A model generated the notes under the pieces. The model ran no database searches and was not told the origin of the DNA. It saw nothing but the letters and a program-made list of their open reading frames with translations. Made by a program: the position numbers and the translations under genes. Below, in pieces: positions 9,318 to 20,000 of a DNA stretch of 64,000 nucleotides. Position 1 is the first letter of the stretch. Every line of letters begins with the position of its first letter. The DNA comes from an uncultured Christensenella sp. GTDB taxonomy: Bacteria; Bacillota; Clostridia; Christensenellales; UBA3700. The stretch spans positions 6,625 to 70,624 of the forward strand of contig CAJTNA010000006.1 in the NCBI GenBank assembly GCA_910577845.1, read 5' to 3'.

Positions 9318-11000
9318 ATGAAAAGACCAAATATTTTGCTTATTACATCAGACCAACAGCATTTTTCAATGCTAGGTAAAGTTAATAATAAATTACATAC
9401 ACCTAATTTGGATAAACTTGCGGATGAAGGTATGTTATTTGACAGAGCATATTGTCCTAATCCGACTTGTTCACCGTCAAGGTCAAGCATATTAACAGGT
9501 ATGTATCCGTCAGAACACGGTTGTTGGTCGCTGGGAACAAAGTTGCCAGAGAGTTGTGAAACAATGTCAAATTATCTAGCAAACAATGGATATAATACTG
9601 CATTGATTGGTAAAGCACATTTTCAACCAACTAAATCGACAGAGGAGTTTACTTCTTTGGAAACTCCAGAATATATGTGGGACTTAGATTTTTGGCGTAA
9701 CTTTGACCAAGATTTTTATGGCTTTAAGCATATAGAGTTGCTTAGGAATCATACTGCAGAGCATTGGGTAGGACAGCATTATCTTGCTTGGCTTGAAGAT
9801 AATGGTTGTAAAAACTGGAAAAAATATTTTTTTGCACCACGTGGCAGAATGTTTAACAAGGAAATGGGAAAATGGAAGATACCCGAAAAATTTCATTATA
9901 ATACGTGGATAGCAGAGCGAACTAATAGTTTGCTTGAGGAGTATAAAAAAGAAGATAAACCATTCTTTTTGTGGGCAAGCTTTCCTGACCCGCATTATCC
10001 ACAACTTGTGCCAAGTCCGTGGGATAAAATATATAGGGCAGATGATATGGAAATCTCCGAGTTTTCATATGACGAGCATAAAAACAATCCACCTTATTTT
10101 GCGGAAGTATTTAAAAAGTCACCTAAGCTTTCTGAATATAAAGAAAGTGGTTTTGGCGTTCACGGCTTGCATAGACATTTATACAATAAAAAACATCAAA
10201 AGAAAAAACTAGCTTATGCTTATGGAATGGTTAGTTTTATGGATAAATATATTGGAAAAATCTTAGACAAATTGACTGAATTAGAGCTTGAGGATAACAC
10301 TATAATAGTATTTACAACTGACCATGGTGATTTGTTTGGTCAACACGGCTTTATACATAAATGCATTTTTCATTATGAGGACTTGCTTAGAGTGCCAATG
10401 ATTGTTAAGTACAAAAACCATATTCCGCAAGGGGTGAGGTCAGATAGTTTACAATCACTTTGCGATATAGCACCAACATTAGTTGATGCTTGTGGTTTAA
10501 ATATACCTTCTAATATGTCGGGTGTAAATCAATATGAGGTTTGGAAAGGTCAAAAGGATAAGGAAAGAGATTATATAATTTGTGAAAATCGTCACGAGCC
10601 ACATTTAATACATATGGTGAGTTTTGTAGAAGAAAGGTATAAAATCACGGTTCACGAGGGTAGAGATTATGGTGAGTTATATGATTTATATCAAGATAAT
10701 GGAGAACATAATAATCTTTGGAATGACCAAAGTTGCAAAAATTTAAAAGCGGAAATGTTGTTTAAATATCTATCTTCAGAGATTAAAAAAGATAGAAAGA
10801 ATAGCTTTGAATATATTCTTAATGATTACACATTAAATGTCAATATCCCGTCAAAAATCGGTACTATTTTGGATATGTCAAACAAAAATGTATGGAATAA
10901 TAGCGAGTTTATTGATGTGAAAATTGATATTTTGCTAAAAGCAATAAGCAGTATAATTGGTGGTAGACCAATGTGGATGCCACGAATTGCTGGGGCGTAA
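9318..11000 (+). CDS. Cys-type sulfatase (arylsulfatase family), no signal peptide
   Basis: 560 aa. AGGAGG RBS. N-terminal sulfatase signature LITSDQQH ... CSPSRSSILTG (C-x-P-x-R formylglycine motif). Metal and catalytic region TTDHGD. Confidence 0.8.
   Translation: MKRPNILLITSDQQHFSMLGKVNNKLHTPNLDKLADEGMLFDRAYCPNPTCSPSRSSILTGMYPSEHGCWSLGTKLPESCETMSNYLANNGYNTALIGKAHFQPTKSTEEFTSLETPEYMWDLDFWRNFDQDFYGFKHIELLRNHTAEHWVGQHYLAWLEDNGCKNWKKYFFAPRGRMFNKEMGKWKIPEKFHYNTWIAERTNSLLEEYKKEDKPFFLWASFPDPHYPQLVPSPWDKIYRADDMEISEFSYDEHKNNPPYFAEVFKKSPKLSEYKESGFGVHGLHRHLYNKKHQKKKLAYAYGMVSFMDKYIGKILDKLTELELEDNTIIVFTTDHGDLFGQHGFIHKCIFHYEDLLRVPMIVKYKNHIPQGVRSDSLQSLCDIAPTLVDACGLNIPSNMSGVNQYEVWKGQKDKERDYIICENRHEPHLIHMVSFVEERYKITVHEGRDYGELYDLYQDNGEHNNLWNDQSCKNLKAEMLFKYLSSEIKKDRKNSFEYILNDYTLNVNIPSKIGTILDMSNKNVWNNSEFIDVKIDILLKAISSIIGGRPMWMPRIAGA
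10850..10868 (+). repeat. copy of the recurrent motif inside the sulfatase CDS
   Basis: GTCAAAAATCGGTACTATT is identical over 19 nt to the intergenic copy at 26407-26425. It is translated as (P)SKIGTI. Confidence 0.7.
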
Positions 11001-11464
11001 AAGTGTTGCCATATTAGGTTTTTAAACTACTAACTTTTATTAGTGTGAAAATTTGCTAGTGAAAATAGATTATCTTTTGCAAAATTGAGTGTTTAATAAT
11101 TTGCTGAGTGTAAATTAGCGTTAAAAATATTAATTGTATAAAATTTAAATTTAGTAAAAATATTGTTTATGATAAAATTTGTTTGTGTGCAAATATTTTT
11201 GGTATAACATTTATTTGGTGCAAAGTTGAGTTTGTATAAATTATAGCAAATGACTTTTTTCAATTATATTGCGTATAATATTAATTTTTTTATAAATATT
11301 TTAAAACATTTATAAAAATTTATAAAATCTCAAAAAAAATATACACTATATATAATATTTAAATAATAAATTATTGCATTTAAATTAAAATTGTGCTAGA
11401 ATAATAGCAATAAAATTTAATTTAATGAACTAACTGCTTTTTTTTAAGCAAAAGGAGATATGTT

Positions 11465-11677
11465 ATGATTAACAAAAATATGAAGATTGCAGAGCTTTTA
11501 GAGCTTAATGTATCAGAGGAAAAAATCAATAAAATTGCTGAAACTTTATTTAGCTTTGGTATGCACTGCTTAGGTTGTGCTATGGCTAGCGGTGAAACTT
11601 TGGAAGAAGCTGCAATGGTTCACGGCATTGACATTGACGAAATGGTTGAGGCATTAAACAAAGTAGTAAATGAATAA
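11465..11677 (+). CDS. DUF1858 / hybrid-cluster-protein-associated redox disulfide domain protein
   Basis: 70 aa. GGAG RBS. Motif FGMHCLGCAMASGETLEEAAMVHGID is typical of this small family. Confidence 0.6.
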   Translation: MINKNMKIAELLELNVSEEKINKIAETLFSFGMHCLGCAMASGETLEEAAMVHGIDIDEMVEALNKVVNE

Positions 11678-11747
11678 TTTGAGATTACCATTCCAAAAGG
11701 GGTGGTATCTTGATTTTTAAATTTAAAAAAGTACACAGGAGATAGAT

Positions 11748-13400
11748 ATGACAGATATAGAGATTGCAAATGCGACCCAAATGTTAGAGATAAGCGAAGT
11801 GGCTAAAAAACTTGGTTTGAGTGATAAGGATATTGACCCTTATGGACATTACAAAGCAAAAATCAATGTGAAGCCAAGTAAGAAAAAAGGCAAAATGATT
11901 TTGGTTACAGCTATCAATCCAACCAGTCTTGGTGAGGGTAAAACTACAACTTCTATTGGTCTTGCGGATGGTATGGCTAAAATCGGCAAAAAAGTTTGTC
12001 TTGCTTTGCGTGAACCATCTTTAGGTCCAGTATTTGGTATCAAAGGTGGGGCGACTGGTGGAGGACACGCTCAAGTTTTGCCAATGGAAGATATAAATCT
12101 AAACTTTACTGGTGACTTGCACGCAGTTACTACTGCTAATAACTTGATTGCTACTATTTTAGATAACCATATTCAACAGGGCAATAGTTTGGGTATTGAC
12201 GTTCGTAGAATCACTTGGAATAGATGTGTAGATTTGAATGATAGAGCTTTAAGGAATGTTATTGTTGGACTTGGTGGCAAGTTGAATGGTGTGCCTCGTG
12301 AGGACCATTTCAATATAACTGCTGCATCTGAAATTATGGCTGTATTTTGTTTGTCTAGTGACCTAATGGACTTTAAAAAGCGTGTTGGTGATATTATTGT
12401 TGCATATAACTATGAGGGTAAACCAGTAACTTGTCACGATTTAAAAATTGAGGACGCTGTAGCAATTGTTATGAAAGAGGCTATCAAGCCAAATTTAGTA
12501 CAAACTTTGGAAGGTACACCAGCTATTATTCACGGCGGACCTTTTGCTAATATTGCTCACGGCTGTAATACCATAATTGCGACAAAACTAGCAATGTCAC
12601 TAAGTGATTACACTATTACAGAGGCTGGATTTGGTGCTGACTTGGGTGCGGAAAAATTCCTTGACATTAAATGCAGAGTTGCAGGTATTGAGCCAGATTG
12701 TGTATGCTTAGTGGCTACTATTAGGGCTTTAAAATATAATGGTGGTAAAAAGTCAGAGTTTGATAAAGAGGATATGTCAGCTTTGGATGGCGGTATTTGC
12801 AACTTACTTGGACATATTGATAATCTTACAAATGTATTTGGTTGCAATGTGGTTGTAGCTATTAACAAGTTTATTACTGATACAGACAAGGAAATTGAGT
12901 TTGTTCGTAATAAGTGTAAGCAATATGGTGCTAATGTTGTGCTTTGCGAAAGTTGGGCAAAAGGCTCTGCAGGTAGCGTTGAACTTGCAAAAGCGGTAGT
13001 TGATATTGCTGATAACAATAGCAAAAAGTTGCAATATGCTTATGATTTGAAAGACGATATTAAAACAAAGATAGAAAAAATTGCTACTAAAGTTTATGGT
13101 GCAAGCAGAGTTGATTTTACAAAGCAAGCTTTAAATAATATTGCACTATGTAGAGAACTTGGGCTAGAGGATTATCCAGTTTGTATTGCTAAAACACAAT
13201 ACTCTTTCTCAGATGACCAGACTATGCTTGGTAGACCTAAAGATTTTGTCTTCCACATCCAAGACATTCAAATTAGAACGGGTGCAAAGTTTATTGTGGC
13301 AATTGCGGGTAGTATAATGTTAATGCCAGGGCTAGGTAAATCACCAGCTGGTTGCAATATGGAAATAGATGAAAACAATGTTATAAAAGGATTATTTTAA
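11748..13400 (+). CDS. fhs: formate--tetrahydrofolate ligase
   Basis: 550 aa. P-loop segment INPTSLGEGKTTTSIGL. Family-typical C-terminus (YSFSDD, LMPGL). Confidence 0.9.
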   Translation: MTDIEIANATQMLEISEVAKKLGLSDKDIDPYGHYKAKINVKPSKKKGKMILVTAINPTSLGEGKTTTSIGLADGMAKIGKKVCLALREPSLGPVFGIKGGATGGGHAQVLPMEDINLNFTGDLHAVTTANNLIATILDNHIQQGNSLGIDVRRITWNRCVDLNDRALRNVIVGLGGKLNGVPREDHFNITAASEIMAVFCLSSDLMDFKKRVGDIIVAYNYEGKPVTCHDLKIEDAVAIVMKEAIKPNLVQTLEGTPAIIHGGPFANIAHGCNTIIATKLAMSLSDYTITEAGFGADLGAEKFLDIKCRVAGIEPDCVCLVATIRALKYNGGKKSEFDKEDMSALDGGICNLLGHIDNLTNVFGCNVVVAINKFITDTDKEIEFVRNKCKQYGANVVLCESWAKGSAGSVELAKAVVDIADNNSKKLQYAYDLKDDIKTKIEKIATKVYGASRVDFTKQALNNIALCRELGLEDYPVCIAKTQYSFSDDQTMLGRPKDFVFHIQDIQIRTGAKFIVAIAGSIMLMPGLGKSPAGCNMEIDENNVIKGLF

Positions 13401-13402
13401 TA

Positions 13403-15040
13403 ATGGAAAAGTCAACAAATTTTATTGAGGAAATTATAAATAATGATTTGGAAAGTGGGAAGCATAGCGAAATTATAACTAGATTTCCACCAGAACCAAA
13501 CGGCTACTTACATATAGGACACGCAAAAAGCTTGTGTATCAACTTTGGTATGAAAGAAAAATATCACGGCAAGTGCAACCTACGATATGACGATACAAAT
13601 CCAACAAAAGAAGATGTTGAGTATGTAGATAGCATTAAAAAAGATATTGAATGGCTAGGTTTTAAGTGGGATAAAGAGCTTTATGCATCTGACTACTTTG
13701 ACAGAATGTATGAGTGTGCTGTATTGCTAATCAAAAAAGGTTTGGCATTTGTGTGCGAAATGAGCGGTGAGGAAATAAGGGAAAATAGAGGAACTTTGAC
13801 ATCACCTGGTAAAAATTCACCTTACAGGGATAGGAGTGTTGAGGAAAACCTTGATTTATTCCGCCGTATGAAAGAGGGAGAGTTCCCAGATGGAAGTAAA
13901 GTTTTGCGTGCTAAAATAGATATGGCAAGTCCTAATATCAATATGCGTGACCCTATTATCTATCGTATATTGCGTGAAACACATCACAGAACAGGTGATA
14001 AATGGTGCATTTATCCTATGTATGACTTTGCACATCCACTGGAGGATGCTTTTGAGGGCATTACACATAGTATTTGCACTTTAGAGTTTGAGGACCACAG
14101 GCCTCTATATGACTGGGTAAAGATTAATTGTGGTTTTGAGGTAGGCGGACCTAGACAAATTGAGTTTGCAAGACTTAATATGAATAGAACTATTATGTCA
14201 AAAAGATACCTTAAAAAGTTGGTGGATGAGGGCTTTGTGGATGGCTGGTCTGACCCACGTATGCCAACTCTAAGCGGTATGAGAGAGAGGGGATATCCAG
14301 CAGAGGCTATTAGAGATTTTTGTGAGAGAGTTGGTGTTGCCAAAGCAAATAGTGAGGTTAATACTGCTATGCTTGAGTATTGTGTTAGGGAAAACCTTAA
14401 TGCAAATGCTGACAGAGCAATGGTGGTAAAAGACCCTATAAAAATGATTATTCTTGGTGTTAATGATGAGGTGTATGAGGTTGAAAACAATCCTAACACT
14501 GAAGTTAAGCAATATCATAAAGTGACTTTTAGTAATGAGATATTTATTGAACGTGACGACTTTATGATTGACCCGCCAGCAAAATATAAAAGACTTGTGA
14601 TTGGCGGTACTGTAAGATTGAGAAATTCATATATAGTACAATATAAGAGTCACGAGTGTGATAGTGAGGGGAATGTTGTAAGTGTTACAGTTGAGATTAT
14701 CCCTGATAGCAAGAGTGGCGGTAGTAATGCTGGTATGAAAGTTAAGGGCGTTATACAATGGGTTAATGCAAAGGATTATCTACCTTGCGTGTTACACGAT
14801 TATGATTACTTGTTAATGGATGGTACCGGTGACTTTAATGATAGACTAAATCCAAACTCGCACATTGTTTATGACAAGGCTGTAGCTGAAAGTAGTCTTA
14901 AGAATGCAAAGGCATATGATAGATTCCAATTTATGAGAATAGGTTATTATAGTGCAACTCAAAACTATGGAAAAGACGGCAAGTACGAATTTAATCGTAT
15001 TGTATCATTAAAGGATAGTTTTAATATTAATAATAAATAA
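13403..15040 (+). CDS. glnS: glutamine--tRNA ligase
   Basis: 545 aa. N-terminus NFIEEIINNDLESGKH..TRFPPEPNGYLHIGHAKS closely parallels E. coli GlnRS. Has HIGH and an MSKR (KMSKS-like) motif. Confidence 0.9.
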   Translation: MEKSTNFIEEIINNDLESGKHSEIITRFPPEPNGYLHIGHAKSLCINFGMKEKYHGKCNLRYDDTNPTKEDVEYVDSIKKDIEWLGFKWDKELYASDYFDRMYECAVLLIKKGLAFVCEMSGEEIRENRGTLTSPGKNSPYRDRSVEENLDLFRRMKEGEFPDGSKVLRAKIDMASPNINMRDPIIYRILRETHHRTGDKWCIYPMYDFAHPLEDAFEGITHSICTLEFEDHRPLYDWVKINCGFEVGGPRQIEFARLNMNRTIMSKRYLKKLVDEGFVDGWSDPRMPTLSGMRERGYPAEAIRDFCERVGVAKANSEVNTAMLEYCVRENLNANADRAMVVKDPIKMIILGVNDEVYEVENNPNTEVKQYHKVTFSNEIFIERDDFMIDPPAKYKRLVIGGTVRLRNSYIVQYKSHECDSEGNVVSVTVEIIPDSKSGGSNAGMKVKGVIQWVNAKDYLPCVLHDYDYLLMDGTGDFNDRLNPNSHIVYDKAVAESSLKNAKAYDRFQFMRIGYYSATQNYGKDGKYEFNRIVSLKDSFNINNK

Positions 15041-15313
15041 TATTTATATGAATACATATTACTTTATATAAATATTTATTATCTACTTTATTGATTGCCT
15101 ATATAACTATTAGTATTTATGTAAGGACATTTATAGATTTCACTCAAGGTGCTAATGCACCTATCAATATAATATGAAATTATTAAAAAAATTATATAGA
15201 GAATTGTAATTTTTATTAATATTATATCTGCTAATGATTTTGTGGCATTGTAAAATTAAACGTAAAAATTGGCAATTGTAATTAAGTATGCAATTATTTA
15301 ATTTAAGGAAAGT

Positions 15314-16186
15314 ATGAAAAAATCAGAAAAGATACTTACAATAACAGCAATGGTTTTGCCTTGCATTATCTTTACAATAGTTTTGCTTTCTATGTGCTTT
15401 ATGCACAAGGAAATTGCAATACATTTTAATTCGCAAGGTGAGGTTACAAGATATGGTTCAAGGTATGAGTTGTTTATAATGGCGTTTTTACTTTACTTAC
15501 TTCCGCTTATTATGACAATAGTTTTTCATAAAGTTGAGATGGGTAAAGTAACTAGAACTTGCGGTTTGTGCGGTTCGATTTTTATGTCACTTGCTTTTAT
15601 TGGTGTTGCAATTTATTTGATTGTTATCATTGCAAATAAAAGCATTATGAATCCCTTTGTCTTGGAACAAAGAATTTCAATGATATTGACACTGCTAGGT
15701 TGTGCATTACTGACTTATGCACATATACTACCTTTTACAAATAAGAAAAAAATTAATCTTAAGCTTAAGTCGGATATGATATTTGAATTAATTCCATTAA
15801 TGTTATTGTATTTGTGCGGTATGGGTATAGCAGTTGGTTGTGTTATGCTTAATAACTTTTATTCATTTATAGTTTTCTTTGCATTACTTATAATTTTGCT
15901 TAGTGTATGCCTAGGTTTAAGATATTTGCAAAAAAAATCTTTAAAAAGTGCAGTTGTTAGTGATGAAAATAAAGTTTTAAGCAAACAATCGGCGGATATT
16001 GTGCAAGATAGTATTGGCAATAATGAATTAGAGAGTAATAGCAAAAATGAATTAGATGGTAATATTTTTAATGAGCTAGAGAATAAAACCGATAACAAAA
16101 AAGATAGCAAAAGTGATAAGAAACTAGAAAGTAACAATTACAAAGAACTAGAAAGTAAAAGTTATAGCAAAAATGACAATGCATAA
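15314..16186 (+). CDS. multi-pass membrane protein (DUF1648/SdpI-like N-terminus) with a low-complexity N/E/K/S-rich tail
   Basis: 290 aa. About 6 hydrophobic helices. HFNSQGEVTRYGS motif after the first TM. Tail has reiterated NELE/KELES units. Confidence 0.5.
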   Translation: MKKSEKILTITAMVLPCIIFTIVLLSMCFMHKEIAIHFNSQGEVTRYGSRYELFIMAFLLYLLPLIMTIVFHKVEMGKVTRTCGLCGSIFMSLAFIGVAIYLIVIIANKSIMNPFVLEQRISMILTLLGCALLTYAHILPFTNKKKINLKLKSDMIFELIPLMLLYLCGMGIAVGCVMLNNFYSFIVFFALLIILLSVCLGLRYLQKKSLKSAVVSDENKVLSKQSADIVQDSIGNNELESNSKNELDGNIFNELENKTDNKKDSKSDKKLESNNYKELESKSYSKNDNA

Positions 16187-16350
16187 ATAAAAAATTATTG
16201 TTGATTTTTGACTTTTGAGGGTGAATTTTAAGAAAAATTTAAAAACTTATAGAGCAATTTTCTAAATAAATTATTTGAATTGTAGAATAAATAGTCAAAA
16301 AATAAAAGTATTTTAAATAAATTTTATAGTAAAAATTTAATTAATTATTA

Positions 16351-16386
16351 AAACAAACATTGAGATTTTTTCAGTGTTTGTTTTTC
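16351..16386 (+). terminator. rho-independent terminator
   Basis: Stem AAACAAACATTGA / TCAGTGTTTGTTT (one G-U pair) followed by TTTTT. Confidence 0.6.
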
Positions 16387-16486
16387 TCTTACTACTAAGT
16401 CTAAAAGTTAATAAAAAGTTTGAGTTTTAACAACAACGCTTGTTGATTTGTGAGACTAACGCTTACATTAAAAATATATGTTATCC

Positions 16487-16535
16487 ACAATTTTAATAGA
16501 GCATTATATGTAAGTGCAAGTTACTAGTTTACTAA
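16487..16535 (+). repeat. direct repeat copy 1 (upstream of rpoB)
   Basis: ACAATTTT..CATTATATGTAAGTGCAAGTTACTAG..CTAA. Roughly 85 percent identical by eye to 16626-16671. Confidence 0.5.
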
Positions 16536-16625
16536 AGTTATTGATAGGTGAATGTTGCTACATTTTTAAACAATATATATAATTGCAATGCACTGCAACT
16601 ACTGTTATTCGTTTATGAAGTCATT

Positions 16626-16671
16626 ACAATTTTTTAAACATTATGTGTAAGTGCAAGTTCTAGCTAGCTAA
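16626..16671 (+). repeat. direct repeat copy 2 (upstream of rpoB)
   Basis: ACAATTTTTTAAACATTATGTGTAAGTGCAAGTTCTAGCTAGCTAA. Pairs with 16487-16535. Confidence 0.5.
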
Positions 16672-16709
16672 TTTTTTGACATATATTTTTGCTAAGAAAA
16701 TTTAAATAG

Positions 16710-16740
16710 CACTCTACTTTATGTAGAGTGTTTTGGTTTT
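16710..16740 (+). terminator. orphan rho-independent terminator in a gene-less spacer
   Basis: Perfect 8-bp stem CACTCTAC / GTAGAGTG, loop TTTAT, then TTTTGGTTTT. No ORF lies upstream of it. Confidence 0.55.
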
Positions 16741-16945
16741 AAATAACCAATAGATATTAATTAGGCGTCATACCTATAGACGAGTGCTGGCTAAAATAAT
16801 GTTACTAAAATTTTACATTGAAAAATTTGAGTAAATTTATTTGACTATTTTAAAGGGATTTTTTGTTAAAAAGTGGCAGAATTTGACTTAATATTATATA
16901 CGTGATTTATTTTGTGTTAAATATATAATTATTTAAATAAAATGT

Positions 16946-16975
16946 TTGACTTATATGCGTGTATTGTTGTATAAT
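16946..16975 (+). promoter_or_regulatory. sigma-A type extended -10 promoter for rpoBC
   Basis: TTGACT (16946-16951), 18-nt spacer ending in TG, TATAAT (16970-16975), ~60 nt before the rpoB ATG. Confidence 0.5.
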
Positions 16976-17036
16976 GCTAAAGTATTATAATGTCGTTATA
17001 TGCGGTGTTAAACTTTTTTATTAAGGAGAGTGAAAT

Positions 17037-20000
17037 ATGTCAAATTTTCACAAAGTTAAGTATGGCAAGACTGAGAGGGTATCTTTTAGTAGCATAAAAG
17101 AGACTATCGATATACCATATTTTATTGCTTTGCAAAAAGACTCTTACAAAAATTTCTTGGAAAAGGGAATTGGTGAGGTTTTACGTGATTTTTCACCAGT
17201 AAGAGACCACGCAGGCAGAATGGAACTACATTTTTTGGATTACTATTTGGATATGAATCCAAAGTACTCTGTTAAAGAGTGTAAGGACAGAGATGCTACA
17301 TATGCAGTACCATTGAGGGTTAAAGTGCGATTAATTAAGAAAAATGCGGACGAAGTACCTTATATGATAGATACTGACGTATTTATGGGTGAGTTTCCAT
17401 TGATGACAGACAGTGGTTCATTCATTATAAATGGTGCGGAGCGTGTTATTGTATCACAATTGGTTAGAAGCCCAGGTGTATATACTACATCTCAAAAGGA
17501 TAGAAATGGTGTTGACCGTTTTGATACTACTGTTATACCTAATAGAGGTGCTTGGCTTGAGTTTAAACAAGATTCAAACAATATTTTGAATGTTGTAGTA
17601 GATAGAAAGAGAAAGTTACCCGCAACTACATTCATTAGAGCGTTAGGTTTTGGTACTGACGAGGATATTTTTGAGTTGTTTGGTGATAACCAAATGCTTA
17701 GAGATACTATGGAAAAGGATATTGCACGCAATGTTGACGATGCAAAGATAGAACTATTCAAAAAATTAAAGAATGGTGAAGTTCCTACTCCAGAGGGTGT
17801 TACTGAACTTATCAATAATATGTTCTTTGACAGCAAGAGATATGACACTCAAAGAGTTGGTAGATATAAATTCAATAAAAAGCTTTCTTTAGCAACTCGT
17901 ATAACTGGCTATGTTTCTGCAAGTGATGTTGTAAGCGAAGACGGCGAAATCTTTGTTAAGAAAGGTGATACTATTAGTGAAGATGTTGCTTTGAATATCC
18001 AAAACGCAGGTATTAATGAGGTATTGCTTGTTAATGCTAATGGTGATGGTGGCGTATTCAAAATGATAGGTAACAACACTGTGGACCTAACTGCTTTTGT
18101 TGATTGCAATCCAGAGGAACTTGGTATTAATGAAAGAGTTTATTATCCTACTTTAAAGCAAATTATGGCTGATAAATCTGGCGATGAATTGTTGCAAGAG
18201 ATTAAAGATAATGCTAAAGAGTTGGTAATTAAGCATATAACAATGGATGATATTATTGCTACAATGAATATCAACCTTGCTCACGCATCAGGCTTTGGTG
18301 TAACAGATAACATTGACCACTTGGCTAACAGAAGAGTTAGAGCGGTTGGTGAACTTTTGCAAAACCAAATGCGTGTAGGTCTTGTAAGATTGGAAAAAGT
18401 TATCAAAGAGCGTATGAGTGTTACTCAAGACGATAATGAGCAAAACGCACAATCTTATATCAATATCAAACCTGTAACAAGTGTAATTAAAGAGTTTTTC
18501 TGCTCTTCACAATTATCACAATTTATGGACCACCACAATCCAATTGCTGAGCTTACTCATAAGAGAAAGTTATCTGCATTAGGACCTGGCGGTTTGAATA
18601 GAGAATGTGCAAGCTTTGAGGTTCGTGACGTACACCACTCTCACTATGGTAGAATGTGTCCTATTGAAACTCCAGAAGGTCAAAACATTGGTTTGATTTC
18701 TTCACTTGCAACATATGCAAAAGTAAATAAGTATGGTTTTATTGAGGCACCATACCGCAAAGTTGATAAGGAAAAAGGTATTGTTACTGACGAGGTTGAG
18801 TACTTACAAGCAGACGAAGAGGATAAATACATAGTAGCACAAGCTAACGTTGAGTTAAATGAGGATGGTAGCTTTAAGAATAAGCGTGTAACTTGCCGTA
18901 TCCGTGAGGATATTCGTGAGGTAGATGCTAATTTGGTTGACTATATGGACGTTAGCCCTAAACAATTGGTGTCTGTAGCTGCAGCATTGATTCCGTTCCT
19001 AGAGAATGACGATACATCTCGTGCATTGATGGGTTCTAATATGCAACGACAAGCTGTGCCACTAATTAAAACCGAAGCACCTATTATTGCAACAGGTATT
19101 GAGCATAGAATCGCATACGATAGCGGTGTTTGCGTATTGTCTGAAGTAGATGGTGTTGTTAGCTATGTTGACGGCGAAAAAGTTGTTGTCACTGCTGACG
19201 ATGGTTCTAAGAAAGAGTATATTATGCGTAAGTTTGAGAGGTCTAACCAAGGTACTTGCGTAAACCAAAGACCTATCGTAACTTTAGGACAAAGAGTTAA
19301 TAAGGGAGAAATTATTGCTGATGGCCCAGCAACATCACAAGGTGAGTTGGCACTTGGTAAAAATATTCTTATTGGCTTTATGTCTTGGGAAGGTTACAAC
19401 TATGAGGACGCTATTCTTATCAGTGAAGATTTGGTTAAAGACGATGTGTTTACATCTGTACATATTGAAGAGTATGAGATTGAATCTCGTGATAGTAAGC
19501 TAGGTGCAGAACAAATCACTCGTGATATTCCAAACCTAAGTGATGATATGATTAAAAACTTGGATGAAGATGGTATTATTCAAGTGGGTAGTACCGTAAA
19601 CAGCGAGGATATTTTGGTTGGTAAAGTTACTCCTAAGGGAGAAACTGACCTAACTCCAGAGGACAGATTGTTAAGAGCAATGTTTGGTGAAAAGGTAAGA
19701 GATGTTAGAGATACTTCTTTGAGACTACCTCACGGACAAAAAGGTATTGTTGTTGACGTTAAAGTGTTCACAAGAGCTAATAAGGATGAGCTATCACCAG
19801 GCGTTAATATGAAAGTTGTTGTTTATGTTGCTCAAAAACGTAAGCTTGGTGTTGGTGATAAGATGGCTGGTCGTCACGGAAACAAGGGTGTAGTATCAAG
19901 AGTATTACCAAAAGAGGATATGCCATTTATGGAAGATGGTACACCATTGCAAATCGTGCTTAATCCATTGGGCGTGCCTTCACGTATGAATATTGGACAG

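Noticed and set aside
13380-13420. Checked for T-box leaders upstream of glnS and of the trpB-like gene, and for M-box or other riboswitches upstream of the P-type ATPase, fhs and the sulfatase.
   Set aside because: glnS starts 2 nt after fhs, with no leader. The other upstream regions are short or uniformly AT-rich, and I could not see a specifier or T-box sequence or any conserved riboswitch core.
16481-16489. Perfect DnaA boxes TTATCCACA at 16481-16489 and again at 44935-44943. Both lie in long AT-rich gene-less spacers, which raises the idea of an origin-like region.
   Set aside because: My rough base-composition estimate gives about one chance occurrence of this 9-mer in the window on two strands. 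The two boxes are 28 kb apart. I found no cluster of additional good boxes near either one, and dnaA/dnaN are not present.
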